Source of the DNA: Squalus acanthias
Taxonomy: Eukaryota
Direction of reading: 5' to 3'
Length of the DNA: 64,000 nt
Assembly: GCA_030390025.1 (NCBI GenBank)
Contig: CM059432.1
Span: 44,952,001 to 45,016,000, forward strand
Positions 25,044 through 36,550 of the stretch are shown piece by piece; position 1 is the first letter of the stretch, and each line of letters opens with the position of its first letter. A model generated the notes under the pieces. That model was not told the origin of the DNA, ran no database searches, and saw only the letters and a program-made list of their open reading frames with translations. A program made the position numbers and the translations under genes.

Positions 25044-25250
25044 AGCCTCTGAAAAAAAGCCTGCGAAAGTGAGTTTAAATACTCACTGTTCTCTCCTGTT
25101 GCTCCAGACACCAGCCTCTGTAAAAAAGCCCACGAAGGTGAGTTTAAATATTCACTGTTCTCTCCTGTTGCTCCCGACACCAGCCTCTGAAGAAAAGCCC
25201 GCGAAAGTGAGTTTAAATACTCACTGTTCTCTCCTGTTGCTCCCGACACC
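25044..25250 (-). repeat. Three 69-bp tandem monomers at the CR1 5' end
   Basis: Units start at 25044, 25113 and 25182 (AGCCTCTG...GACACC). Confidence 0.9.
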
Positions 25251-26366
25251 ACACCTCGGTCGGTCCTTTGCGCCATCGAGTAGAGTTGTCACCTGGTGTC
25301 TCACAGTTCACATGTGTGCAAGAGCAGCTGGTGTTGACAGGGACAGCAGTGGAGACTCCTCACAGGATGCTCCAAGCTCTGCTGAGCTGCATGCAGATGC
25401 TGAGCCTCGGGGGTCATCGAGAAAGGGTGATCTTGGAGGGACAGCAAACTGCGTGAGGCTCTGGCATCTTTTGCAGCCACGATGTTTGCAAATGTGCAGA
25501 GAATGGAGGAGTCCATCTCCAACATGAGCACCACCATGTTGCAGGCGATGGCGATGATGTGCTCTTCCATGGAAAGGATGTCCACCTGCATGGAGCAGCC
25601 AATGCACCACTCACATGAGCACATGCTCGCTGTGGACAACAGATGGCAGGCGCTCATAGACCTCCTCTCAAGGAGGGATGTAAACGTAGACTTGGGCCTT
25701 CATCGCCCCACTGCTGTGCAGCAAGGTGCTCTCCAGCTCCTTGCTAGCAGGGAAGTGCGAGTGGGCCATGAGAGGGATGACAGTGAGAGGGGACATGGAA
25801 GTGGGGGCTCTTCTCAATGTGCTCCCACTTCTCCCCCATTGCCTCCCCCTCAGTCAGAGCCCCACATGCTTACTCGGATCCCGATGGCTGAGTCTGTCCC
25901 TGCACAGTTGCAAGAGGACCAGTCTTTGGCGGGGCCCTCACAGGCTCCAAAACCCAGAGGATGTCTGGCAAAAGTGTCTATGTAGCCGCAGGAGGGAAGT
26001 GAGCAGCCTGCAACTACCTCTGCTGAAGCCACAGGTGTTGCACCTCCTAGAAGCACTCGGAAGAGAATATTGACACAAAAGTAGATGCACATGGGTTTGC
26101 ACATGGGTGTATCAAAAAATGTTAGTGCTAAGTTTCACTTATTTTGATTACACACGTAAATGTTTTTCTTTGCACCACTTTTGGGTCTTGTCCATTTTTG
26201 CCTCAAACCTTGAAAGTAGCTTTGTCACTTGAAGTGAATGGTAACACATTATTTAACCTTGAACATTGGGCCTTTGGGTGAGAGGGATGGATTGGTCATT
26301 GTAGGTATGCTTTATGGTGTTGTTGGAGGGGGAACTTAGTACAGCATGTGTCTGCATTGGAGCAAG

Positions 26367-27600
26367 TTAAGTAAATCTGGCCATGATGAGGCCATCCCTG
26401 GCCTCCCGGACAGCAATGTGCGCCGCTGCTGGTGCTACCTGCATCTCATGTTCCTCCTCCTCCGGCTCGTCTTCTACCTGCTTGTCCTCCTCCTCTTTCT
26501 CCTCTGAAGAGGCTGTGTGCTATGCTCCTCCTGCAGCTCCAATCCTCGCTGCTGTGCTATGTTGTGCAGCGTGCAGCAGACAACGATGATTCTGGAGACC
26601 CTGGCTGGTGTGCACTGAAGGGCTCCTCCAGATCTGTCAAGGCATCTGACGCGTATCTTCAGCATGCCTATTGCTTGCTCTATGACACATCTGGTGGAGA
26701 TGTGGCTCTCATTATAATGCTCCTCGGCCTCAGTACTTGGCCTCCTCAAGGGTGCAATGAGCCACGTCTTCGGTGGATAGCCCTTGTCTCAAAGCAGCCA
26801 GCCGATAAGTCTGTTTGGAGTAGCGAAGAGCTGAGGGAGGGTGGACTGGCGCAACACAAAAGAGTCATGACAGCTGCCAGGGAATCTGGTGCACTCATGC
26901 ATAATCATCTTTTTGTGGTTGCAGACGAGCTGCACATTGAAGGAGTGGAAGCCCTTCCGGTTCACAAACACTCCTGGGTGATGATGGGGTGCCATATGTG
27001 AGCATATGTGTGCAGTCGATGATGCCCTGTGGGAAGTCAGCCAGAGCCACAAAGCCGAGTGCCCACTCAGTAACACTGTCTTCATTAGTGGCAAAGTTGA
27101 TATAATTGGCTGACTTGCGAAACATGGCATCGGTCATCTGGGTGATGCATCTCTGGGCGTCCGACTGCGAGATCCTGCAAATGTCTGCTACAGATCCCTG
27201 GAAGGAGCCTGAGGCGAAGAAGTGGAGGGCGGTGGTGACTTTGACAGCCACTGGTAAGGCGTGTCCACCAGGTCCTCTGGGTAGCAGGTCTTCTTCCAGC
27301 AAGCTACAAATGTCTGCAACGACCTGGCGCAATAGTCTGAGCCTCCTGAAGCACTACTGCTCAGTCATGTTGAGGACACTCATCCTCTGCCTGTATACCC
27401 TGTGTTGGGGGTATTGCCTCCGGTGCTGTGCAGCCCTGTGGTGCCCCCCTCTCTCCTGTGGAGCATCAGGTCATTGAGGAGAAGGTTGCTGTTGGGGTTG
27501 CTGCTGCTGGTGTTGATGCTGTTGTGGCTCATCTTGGTCCGGTTCTGAGGACCATGGTGAGACAGTATAAGAAGCACCTATGCTGATGTAGTAGATGGCA
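26367..27600 (-). pseudogene. Harbinger (HARBI1-like) DDE transposase, frameshifted
   Basis: [91 protein letters not shown]. Confidence 0.92.
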
Positions 27601-27604
27601 GGTC

Positions 27605-28252
27605 GAATCATAGAATCATAGAATGGTTACAGCACAGAAGGAGGCCGTTCAGTCCATCAAGCCCATGCCAACTCTCTGCAAGAGCACTTCAGCTAGTCCC
27701 ACTCCCCCGCCCTTTCGCCGTAGCTCCGCAATTTTCTTTCCTTCAGGTACTTATCCAATTCCCTTTTGAAAGCCGTGATTGAGTCTGCCTCCACCACCCT
27801 TTCAAGCAGTGCATTCAAAGCCTAACCACTTGCTGCGTAAAAAAGTTTTTCCTCATGACGCCTTTGGTTCTTCTGTCAATCACCTTAAATCTGTATTCTC
27901 TGGTTCTCAGTAGGAACAGTAAAGGTTCATCATAACTTCCTTGCTTTTGTACGCTACGCCTCTATTTATGAAGCCCAGGAGCCCGTATGCTTTTTTAACC
28001 GCTTTCTCAACCTGCCCTGCCACCTTTAACAATTTGTGCACATATACCTCCAGTTCATGCACCCCCTTTAGAATTGTACCATTTAGTTTATATTGCCTCT
28101 CCTCGTTCTTCCTACCAAAATGTATCACTTCACACTTTTCTGCGTTAAATTTCATCTGCCACATGTCTGCCCATTCCACCAGCCTGTCTATGTCCTCTTG
28201 AAGTCTATCACTATCCTCCTCACTGTTCACTATACTTCCAAGTTTTGTGTCC
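27605..28252 (-). mobile_element. CR1 family B 3' fragment with an internal deletion
   Basis: DTKLGSIVNSEED...MMNLY joined to the tail region; GAATCATAGAATCATAGAA tail. Confidence 0.88.
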
Positions 28253-28854
28253 CTTTCAAGGTAAAGTGTAGATGAGAGGGCCAATCCCTCAATGTTGTGA
28301 TAGTGAGTAGCATTGCAGTGAGAGTGGCTTCCGAGGGTTCAAAAATGACCTGCAAACTGCTGATACCTAAATCTGTGGGCAAAATGGAGTGATCAAGAGC
28401 CATTCCATGAGGCAAGTTATGAGCTGTAATGTTGCAGTATTTATGTGCTTTTCCCAGCTATCAATGAATGAACTCGCCAATGGCCACTGAGCTTCCGCCT
28501 CCCCTTCACAGGCGAGGCACCCGACCTCCGTGAATCCCATGCTCCTGCAGTAAAACTCAGAAACAGCCGTTAAGATCACTGTTAAGTGTCTGTAAACAAG
28601 CACTTAACAATTTCAATGAGGTCGCCTGCTTCTGCGGATCGGGTTTGTGTCGCGCCTTCAAAGCTGCCCGAGTTAAATGTGCGAGGGGGCGGGAGGACGG
28701 CGGGTTCCCGACGTGCTCACTATTTCTGGCATCTTTACTGCCGACCAGCCCCCAAACCCGCATGTGCGGCAACGGGAAATTTCCAGCCGTTTCCGATCAG
28801 CTGTGCTGTCATGGAACATGCCATGGCAGCACAACTGACCATGCCATGGACTCC

Positions 28855-29290
28855 AAGAATTAAATTACGAGACGAGATTACACAAACTAGGGTTGTATTC
28901 CCTGGAATTTAGAAGGTTATGGGGTGATTTGATCGAAGTTTTCAAGATATTAAGGGGAACTGATAGGGTAGATAGAGAGAAACTATTTCCACTGGTTGTG
29001 GTGTCTTAGACTAAAAATTAGAGCCAGGTCTTTCAGGAGTGAAGTTAGGAAACACTTTTACATGCAAAAGGTGGTAGAAGTTTGGAACTCTCTTCCGCAA
29101 ATGGCAATTGATGCTAGGTCAATTGTTAATTTTAAATGAGATTGATAGATTTTTGTTAACCAAAGGTATTAAGGGATATGGGGCAAAGGTGGGCATATGG
29201 AGTTAGGTCACAGATCAGCCATGATTTCATTGAATGCGGAACAGGCTCGAGGGGCTAAATGGCCTACTTCTGTTCCTATGTTCCTATGTT
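28855..29290 (+). mobile_element. CR1 3' fragment
   Basis: LGLYSLEFRRL; RVVEVWNSL-like motif; (TTCCTATG)n tail. Confidence 0.85.
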
Positions 29291-29298
29291 GAGGGTCT

Positions 29299-29861
29299 GG
29301 GCTGAATTTTAATGGGGAAGGCGGATTGGGGGCGGGGGGGCTCCGAGGCAGTCGGGAAACCCGGGAGAACGGGTTTCCTGCAGGCCCAGCCGCATTTAAC
29401 GTGGAGCCCGGGGTTGGCTGGAGGAGCGGGGAGGGGGGCTCTGAAAAGATTGGGGGACGGCCGGAGGAGCAGGGGGGTCTCTGAAAAGATCGGGGCCGAG
29501 GAGCGGCCAGAGAAGCAGAGGCCATCTGAACAGCCATTGGGGGCCAGAGGAGCAGCCAGAGAAGCCGGGGGGGGAGGGGGGGGTTCCCGAGGATCGGGGG
29601 CTGGAAGAGCAGTGGCGGGGTGGGGGGGCGGGGAGGCCTGGGGCGATCGGAGACAAGGGGGGATTATAATATTTAAATAATCGACTCGCCTCCTGGCAGC
29701 GGATTGGCTGCCAGCCGCCCCGCCCCCCACCCCTGTCCCGCCTCCTTTGAAACCGGAAGTGGGCGGGTTGGATGCGGGTTTAGGTCGGGATTCAGATTTT
29801 TAACAGTTTAACAACCCAAGCACCCCCAAACCCACCTGTTTTTCATGTTAACATTCCCTCC
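29299..29861. mobile_element. G-rich Harbinger-like MITE
   Basis: Starts GGGCTGAATTTTAA and ends TTAACATTCCCTCC. The subterminal GCGGATTGGG/CCCAAACCCACC motifs are inverted. Confidence 0.6.
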
Positions 29862-29875
29862 ACTATGTTTTCCAT

Positions 29876-30770
29876 TAGACAAATGTGAGAAGTCGCACAA
29901 CACCAGGTTATAGTCCAACAGCTTTATTTGAAATCACAAGCTTTCGGAGCGCTGCTCCTTCGTCAGGTGAAGTGAAGAGATGCATATAGGCACAGCATAT
30001 ATAGTCAGAGAACACTGCCAGATGATTACAGTTAATCTTTCCAACTGCCCTTTACCACACCTCGGCAGAGAGATAATCACGGCAATCAAAGGTGTGGATG
30101 GTGTCCAAACAGGTCAGTCAGGAAAACATTACATCAAAGACAATGTGGCAGATGCTGGGGTCTGTATGGAAAACAAAAAACTTTTTTTGCTGGAAATCAC
30201 AGCAGGTCCAGCCGCATCTGTGTAGAGAGAACAAGCCAACGACGACTCGAGTCTGGATGACTCTACGTCAGGTGGGGTTACATGTAGCGTGACATGAACC
30301 CAAGATCCCGGTTGAGGCCGTCCTCATGGGTGCAGAACTTGGCTATCAGTTTCTGCTCGACGATTTTGCGTTGTCGTGTGTCTCGAAGGCCACCTTGGAG
30401 AACGCTTACCCGAAGATCGGAGGCTGAATGTCCTTGACTGCTGAAGTGTTCCCCGACTGGGAGGGAACACTCCTGCCTAGCGATTGTTGCGCGGTGTCCG
30501 TTCATACGTTGTCGCAGTGTCTGCATGGTCTCGCCGATGTACCATGCTCTGGGGCATCCTTTCCTGCAACGTATGAGGTAGACAACGTTGGCCGAGTCAC
30601 ATGAATATGTACCATGTACCTGGTGGGTGGTGTCCTCACGTGTGATGATGATATCTGTGTTGGTGATCTGGGCATGTCTTGCAGAGGTTGCCGTGGCAGG
30701 GTTGTGTGGTGTCGTGGTCGCTGTTCTCCTGAAAGCTGGGTAATTTGCTGCGAACGATGGTCTGTTTGAG
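29876..30770 (-). mobile_element. Penelope-like element 3' part (GIY-YIG endonuclease + terminal repeat) with a second Penelope-family tail piece at ~30140-30272
   Basis: ORF 30278-30817 contains NVVYLIRCRKGCPRAWYIGETMQTLRQRMNGHR...EQKLI...GLN. Confidence 0.9.
29934..29970 (-). ncRNA. Minimal hammerhead ribozyme motif
   Basis: TCAC-CTGACGA-AGGAGCAGCGCTCC-GAAA-GCTT-GTGA: stem I TCAC/GTGA, stem II GGAGC/GCTCC, palindrome AAGCTT. Confidence 0.75.
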
Positions 30771-30996
30771 GGAAAACAGATGAGATTCAACCTTGGGCCA
30801 ATGATATGTACATTCATAATGGCATTGGTGGAGATTTAGCAGCAGTATGCCTGTCCACCTGCTCTGTTGATTCTGGATATTGCATTGTACAAGAGGCTAA
30901 GCAGAGAAAAAAAATCATCACTCTCAATAGGAAAAACAAACAGAAAATATTAACCCTTACATGGCACATGTTTTACTCCTTGCCTTAAAATTATAC

Positions 30997-31137
30997 GAGA
31001 AGTCGCACAACACCAGGTTATAGTCCAACAGCTTTATTTGAAATAGTGATTTCAAATAAAGCTGTTGGACTATAACCTGGTGTTGTGCGACTTCTCACAT
31101 TTGTCCACCCCAGTCCAACACCGGCATCTCCACATCA
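30997..31137. mobile_element. Short Penelope-derived insertion with an inverted end (perfect 48-bp hairpin)
   Basis: Arms 30997-31044 and 31049-31096. A 12-bp direct repeat TTAAAATTATAC flanks it at 30985-30996 and 31138-31149. Confidence 0.88.
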
Positions 31138-31831
31138 TTAAAATTATACATTAACCCTCCTTCTGCGTGCACTGCTGATGATGCTGAAATGATTCTACTG
31201 TGTCAAATACATCATTATAATATTATTTAAATATCACACTGGATTGGGACAATATTAACTTGCGTTTATTCCCCAAAAAACATGTATTTGTAGTATGCCT
31301 TAAATTAGCACTAATACTGCAAAGTGAGATTTTTCAAATGTATAAATACGTTTAATGATATACCCTATTTTGGAATTCTATTGCCATCAAAATTTTCTAA
31401 TGATGCTTTAGTTACTAATTAGCTTTATTAGTAAAGCCAGAATCGAGACATGGTTGCTTTACTGTAATTTGGAACTTTAGCTCGAATAATTGAGGCACCT
31501 GCAGAACCAGATGGCAATTCAGAAAACTCTGCAAGCTCGCAAATCTAATTAACAAATAAATTAAGATTTTCTTATAAATGAACACACATTCTGCATTTCC
31601 ACCTTCTGTTTCCTGAGAAGCATTGACAGTGGTGGGTAATGAAGTCGCACTCTCCATTGGAAAATAATATGACTGTTTGATCACATGTATCGGAGCATGG
31701 AATGGATATTTTGAGCACAAATAACTATCAGGTGTATAAGGTAGTCAAAGATTTACTCTCAAAATAAGGTGATTTCCGATGAATACCTTCAAAGATAAGT
31801 ACAATTGAAATAAAAGCCTTTTAAAGCCGAT

Positions 31832-32575
31832 GGGCCTGAATTTGCGGTGAGAGGCTTCCAGCGGGCGGATGCCTCCGAACAGCAATAGAAGTATGCACCT
31901 ACCTGATGGTGCTGGATCCACGGAGACTCGTGCTCCTGGGCCTCTTTGCATACGTCAGCATAAAGGCCCACGTATCCCAGGGGTGCAGGCAGTTCGCAAG
32001 CGTCTCTGGAATCACGTGGGTCGGCCCAACCAATCAGAAAGGGGGATTCCCACTATGCTTATAGGGATGCCATTTACATACAGAACCCCCATAAGCTTAA
32101 TAGGAATCACATAAAAAATACATGTACACAACATTGAAATAAAAAAAAATCATTACATGTTTAAAGTTAATTAAAATACAATTTAATTAAACATTTAAAA
32201 CAAAAATTTAATTTTTGAAAAATAAGTTTAAACATTTTTCAAGGAGCCAAAAATAACCTAAACTTATTTTACAGGTTTTTGAATGTTAAAATGATTTTAA
32301 AAAATTTATTTTAAAATTTATTTTCACCCTTACGCTGGTAAAAGCAGGCCTTACGCCTGCTTTTACCAGGTGTAAGAGTTTCATGGGCATTCGCTGGGCG
32401 ATAGTTGGAGAAATAGCCCAACTCTCCGCCAGTGAATGTCCATTTCCCGGGGATGCGGAGGATCGCAAGTTCCGGGTTTTCGTGCAGCGCATCTCATGTG
32501 GAAACCCGGAACTTGCGGGACACTTACGGCCACGTACGCACCGTACGCGGTCATAGGCCCCAGAAAATCTGGACC
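31832..32575 (-). mobile_element. MITE distantly related to the 765-bp family
   Basis: GGGCCTGAATTT...AAAATCTGGACC. Same GC-arm/AT-core layout, with TCACGTG and CCAATC motifs and internal hairpins. Confidence 0.75.
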
Positions 32576-32820
32576 ATTGTTATCAATGGATAAGGTTAGA
32601 ACTAAGAAGATAGGGAACTGGAGGCTAAAATGAAACAATTAGAAGAAATAGGATGAATATAGTGAAGCTGAAGTTTTCAGCTTTATTTGAATAAAACTGA
32701 AAACAGAAACTGAATAGGTTATATAGGGGGTGGTGGTTTGTGTCAGCTTCACCTCTGACTTCTGAGCGGTTCAAATCGCTCCCACTCCCTTGATTCTAGA
32801 CCTTGGACTTATTTGGGGGT

Positions 32821-34298
32821 TGTGACAGAAGTGCAACAGACACCTGGTTTTGATGCAAGAACTTTGATCTTTATTCAAGAGAGTAAAACACAACACAAAC
32901 ACTCTTAACACTCTAATAAAGTGGGGAACACTTCGGTACAAACGAGGGAAATATCATTAGAAGAATACTTCACCCCTCCCAATCCCACTTCCCTAGCTAG
33001 GTTGGACTCTAGAGGACCAGGGATGATACTCACCAAAATCCTTGACAGTTGGGCTGGTTCGCGGTTTTGGGGTTCGCTCTATATGTTGGTTGTTGTCTGT
33101 TGTATCCCGTACGCGGTAGAGGACTTCAACTGCGTAGCTGGTCAGTCTTCGCGAGTCCGATGATACGGTAGGGTGCGTATTGGATCTATCAGGTGAGTAC
33201 CCACTTTTCTTTGGTTTAGAAGTAGGGTTTAGAGTCTTTTGGGGAAAATCTTACCCAGGGGTAAGTCAGGAGTAGATTGTAGAGTGGAAACTTTGCGGAT
33301 CTTCGGTTTTTCTCCAAGTTGGTTTTCTTTGGTTGCGGTGGCCCAATATTGGTGGTGATGTACGGTTGGTTGTTTTCGTGAGGCCCTTGTTGCCGCGAGG
33401 TGTCCGATGGTCACTGAGGCGGTCGCTCTGGTTTCTTCCACGTGTCGGCCTACTTCGGGAGCTGTTGGCCTCCTTTGTTGAATGGTCTGGTTTTCGAGCT
33501 GTTGACCTCCTGGCTGGACACGGAACGTTGAACGGTGGTGCTGGAGAACTGTGTTGCGGTGAATGCCTCCATGGATGAACTTGTCCTTCTTTTCTTCTTC
33601 TCCCCAGGTTGAGAACGGGCCTTCAATTATACTAATTGAAGCTTCCTTATCTGCGCGCCAAATCAGATGTTAGATTTTGGCGGGCTTGTTAACGGTAACT
33701 TGTTTGTTAATGTGTGAAGTGGTTTCGGGATGGCTCCAGTCCTGTCGATCTGCCACTTAATCATAGTTGATTGTTTCCAAGTTTTGAGTTTCTTGACTGG
33801 GCCTGGGATTTCTATAGAGTAGGTCGAAGTGATCTGTTTTATGCATGTTTTGATGGGCTCTAAATTTGGGTGGAGACTGCTTTTCCTCGGGTTTATTGTC
33901 AGGATGTTAATGTCTGGTAGGGGCCGATTTAACTCCCAGCGAGGTCATGCGGTTCCCCAGACAGTTTGAATTAACTCCAATACCCAAACTGTCTTTACAG
34001 AGGTTGAGCCCACCTTCCTTTACAGCCTTTTCTCCCTTACAAGTCCAGACATGTCTTTTAAAATACCAAATCTTGGTTTTTGCTCTAAAATGTCCTCCGG
34101 TTAGGCCCAATGCATTTCACCACCCTGAAATAGTTAGAAAAAGAGTCCCAAGTCTTTTTCCTTAGGGTTTGTCTTCGAGTTTTGGGGGATCTGTGAATTT
34201 TGAGAATCTTACAGTTAAAATAAATCAAAATGACTAAGTCCGTATCTCCTTCAATGGAATTCAGCATATTCAAAATACCAATCATCTAATTTTAAACA
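32821..34298 (-). mobile_element. Possible solo LTR (~1.5 kb)
   Basis: Starts TGTGACA, with TTTATT ~50 bp in (AATAAA on the minus strand). CpG-rich middle and a possible AAACA end. No TSD found. Confidence 0.35.
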
Positions 34299-34308
34299 GA
34301 ATGTCCAT

Positions 34309-36192
34309 GGGCTAAAAATTGGATAGCCCCTGAAAATGGGCGCGGGGCTTGTGCATCACTATTAACCCGCGACTGTTCAATGTAATGCAGGCAGCACACC
34401 ATCTTTGTGCTGCCTGCTAATTATAATGAGAATGACCTGCAGCCCAGTGCTAAATGTGCTGCTGAGTGGCTGCACGCACAGCAGGGATCCCAAGTTTGTG
34501 CGAGGCTAGCACCAATTAAAGCTCGCCTGCACTTCTTAAAGCCAGTCTGCATCTCCTAAAAGGGGAGGTGCATTCTGGCTGCAGCAGGTACGGGAAGTCG
34601 TTTTGAGGAGTGTGTCTGACCTACAGGAAGAGTGAAGATAGCACAACATGGCAGAGAGAGGGCTCCCAGATTTTCTGATGCAGCACTCAAGGCCCTGGTG
34701 CAGGAAGTGGACAGGTGGAGATATGTACTGTATCTACAGGGGGCCAGGAGGCACTCCAAACAGATGCTGAGAAAGGAATGGGAGCAGATAGCTGTCAAAG
34801 CAAGCAATGTAGCCCCAAGAACCTTGATACAGTGCAGGAAGAAGTTTAATGACCTCACACAAGGTCAAGGTCAGTGAATTCATCTTAGAATCATAGAATA
34901 GTTACAGCACCATTCGGCCTGTCGAGCCCGTGCCGGCTCTCTGCAGAGCACTTCAGCTAGTCCCACTCCCCCGTCCTTTCAAATGCCATATCCCACAAAC
35001 TGCACCACTAGCTTGACACACTCTGCTCAATTCCCCACGCCCCCATTACCCATCTATCAACAATCTCTTTCAATCACGACTCATACCTCACATTCACATG
35101 TTCCATCTCACCCTCACACACTTATCACTGCTGTATGCCTTACACCCACATCTCACAGCTTGGAGAAACTGCTAGCTATTCAATCATGACAGTCACATCA
35201 GCCAAACACAGTGAACCACACTCACTGACAGACTTCCCTTTCTCTTGCAGGAAAAGGTGGCACACGATCGTAGGCAGCTTCAGCTAATTGGGTGGTGACA
35301 GGCATGCCTCCATATCCTGACCCTGCTCGAGGAGATGGTGCTCGCCATAATTGGTGTGGCTGTGACTGAGGCTCAGACTGAAATCATTCAAGCTCAGCTT
35401 GCTGTCATGCAAGCTCAGACTGCTGCCATCATGGCTGGGTTTACCAGTGTTGAAAGGGGCTTGCAGGGTGTCACAGCAGTCCAGCAATCTGTCCTCCAGC
35501 AGATTCCTAGGATTGCTGAGGAGCCACCCCGGGTGAGTGGCAATGGCTTCATGGAGGATCAACCTGCTGTCCTCTCCCAGGATGACAACATTCATCCTTC
35601 TACCACTGCCACTCCGCCAGTGCCCTTGTTGTTACCTGTCAGCCAGCCAGCCCAGACTGCTGCCACTCATGCCGAGGTGGTGCAGTCTGGAGCCGGGTCT
35701 ACCAGGCCCAGAGCTGCTCAAGGTCGTCCTGCAACGCCATCTGCAGTCTCCTCCACTAAAAGTCAGAAGCCTTCCACCAGCCATGCTGCAGCCACTGGGG
35801 TAGCACTTTGTAAGAGCACTAGGACAGGCAAAGGCACACTGAAGACATGCAATAAGGGGACGCACAAGGCTGATTTGTTGAACTTTGAATAAAATATTCT
35901 AATGGTTTAATTCATAAATTTGGTTTGGAATGTTTGTTTTGTGGTGGCTTTTACTGTAGCATTGTGGCCAAGAGGGTGCTGTGATGGTCAGTAACAAAGG
36001 GATGGTAAGGATTGTTGAATGGGGAATTTGTGTTGCGTTCACTGGTACCACAGTCAGATGATTTGATCACGGACAGTCCAGGCAGAAAGGGGCTGTCTGG
36101 GTTATCTCCTCTCTTCTACTTCCTCCTCTTCCACTTCCTCCTCTTCCACTTCCTCCTCCTCCTTTTCTGCTTCCTCCTCCTCCTTCTCCTCA
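34309..36192 (+). mobile_element. Second Harbinger element, left part (TIR, Myb gene, acidic transposase-tail-like remnant)
   Basis: Starts GGGCTAAAAATT, contains the Myb gene below, and has a (TCC)n tract at 36110-36190. Confidence 0.75.
34632..35892 (+). pseudogene. Harbinger Myb/SANT-like DNA-binding protein remnant (exons ~34632-34863 and 35251-35892)
   Basis: RERAPRFSDAALKALVQEV...KEWEQIAVKASNVAPRTLIQCRKKFNDL is a typical Myb_DNA-bind_5-like pattern; ttgcag acceptor at 35250. Confidence 0.85.
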
Positions 36193-36194
36193 AA

Positions 36195-36550
36195 TCAAAA
36201 AATGGATCTGATGGTGTATATAGAGAAACTATTTCCTATTGTAAGGAAATCCAGAACAAGGAGGCATAATCTTAACATTTGCATTTGGCCATTTAGGAGT
36301 GAATTCAGAAAGCACTTTTTCACACAAAGGGTAGTGGAAATCTGGAACTCTCTCCTCAACAGCCGTGAATGCTGGGTCAATTGAAATTTTCAAGACTGAT
36401 ATTGATAGATTTTTGTTAGGTAAGGCTATCAAGGGATATGGAGCAACTGTGGGTAAATGGAGTTGAGGTACAGATCAGCCATGATCTAATTGAATGATGG
36501 AACTGTCTTGAGGGTCTGAATGGCCCTATCCTTTCCTATGTTCTTATGTT
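36195..36550 (+). mobile_element. CR1 3' fragment
   Basis: FRKHFFTQRVVEIWNSL; TTCCTATGTTCTTATG tail. Confidence 0.85.

Larger units (their letters stand above)
18933..25250 (-). mobile_element. Full-length CR1 LINE (family A) with three nested insertions
   Basis: 5' tandem repeats, ORF1, ORF2 and an ACATAGAAACATAGAA tail at 18933. Confidence 0.95.
18499..26084 (+). pseudogene. Spliced Harbinger Myb/SANT-like partner gene remnant (exons ~18499-18658 and 18814-18934 + 25251-26084), split by a CR1
   Basis: ttgcag|EKRAHNNRERERTGGGRP..LTAAEEAALEILG; ccacag acceptor at 18813; APSTSVDT resumes as TSVG after the CR1. Confidence 0.7.
18227..28788. mobile_element. Degenerate two-gene PIF/Harbinger transposon (left end missing) hosting nested CR1 insertions
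   Basis: A Myb-partner-like gene remnant (+) converges on a DDE transposase (-). TIR-like end AAATTTCCAGCC at 28788. Confidence 0.8.

Noticed and set aside
25044..25250. CRISPR-like array
   Set aside because: These are head-to-tail tandem units without unique spacers, in a eukaryotic LINE 5' UTR.
26367..27600. Host HARBI1 gene
   Set aside because: It is frameshifted, paired with a Myb-partner remnant and a TIR, and interrupted by LINEs, so it is a transposon copy.
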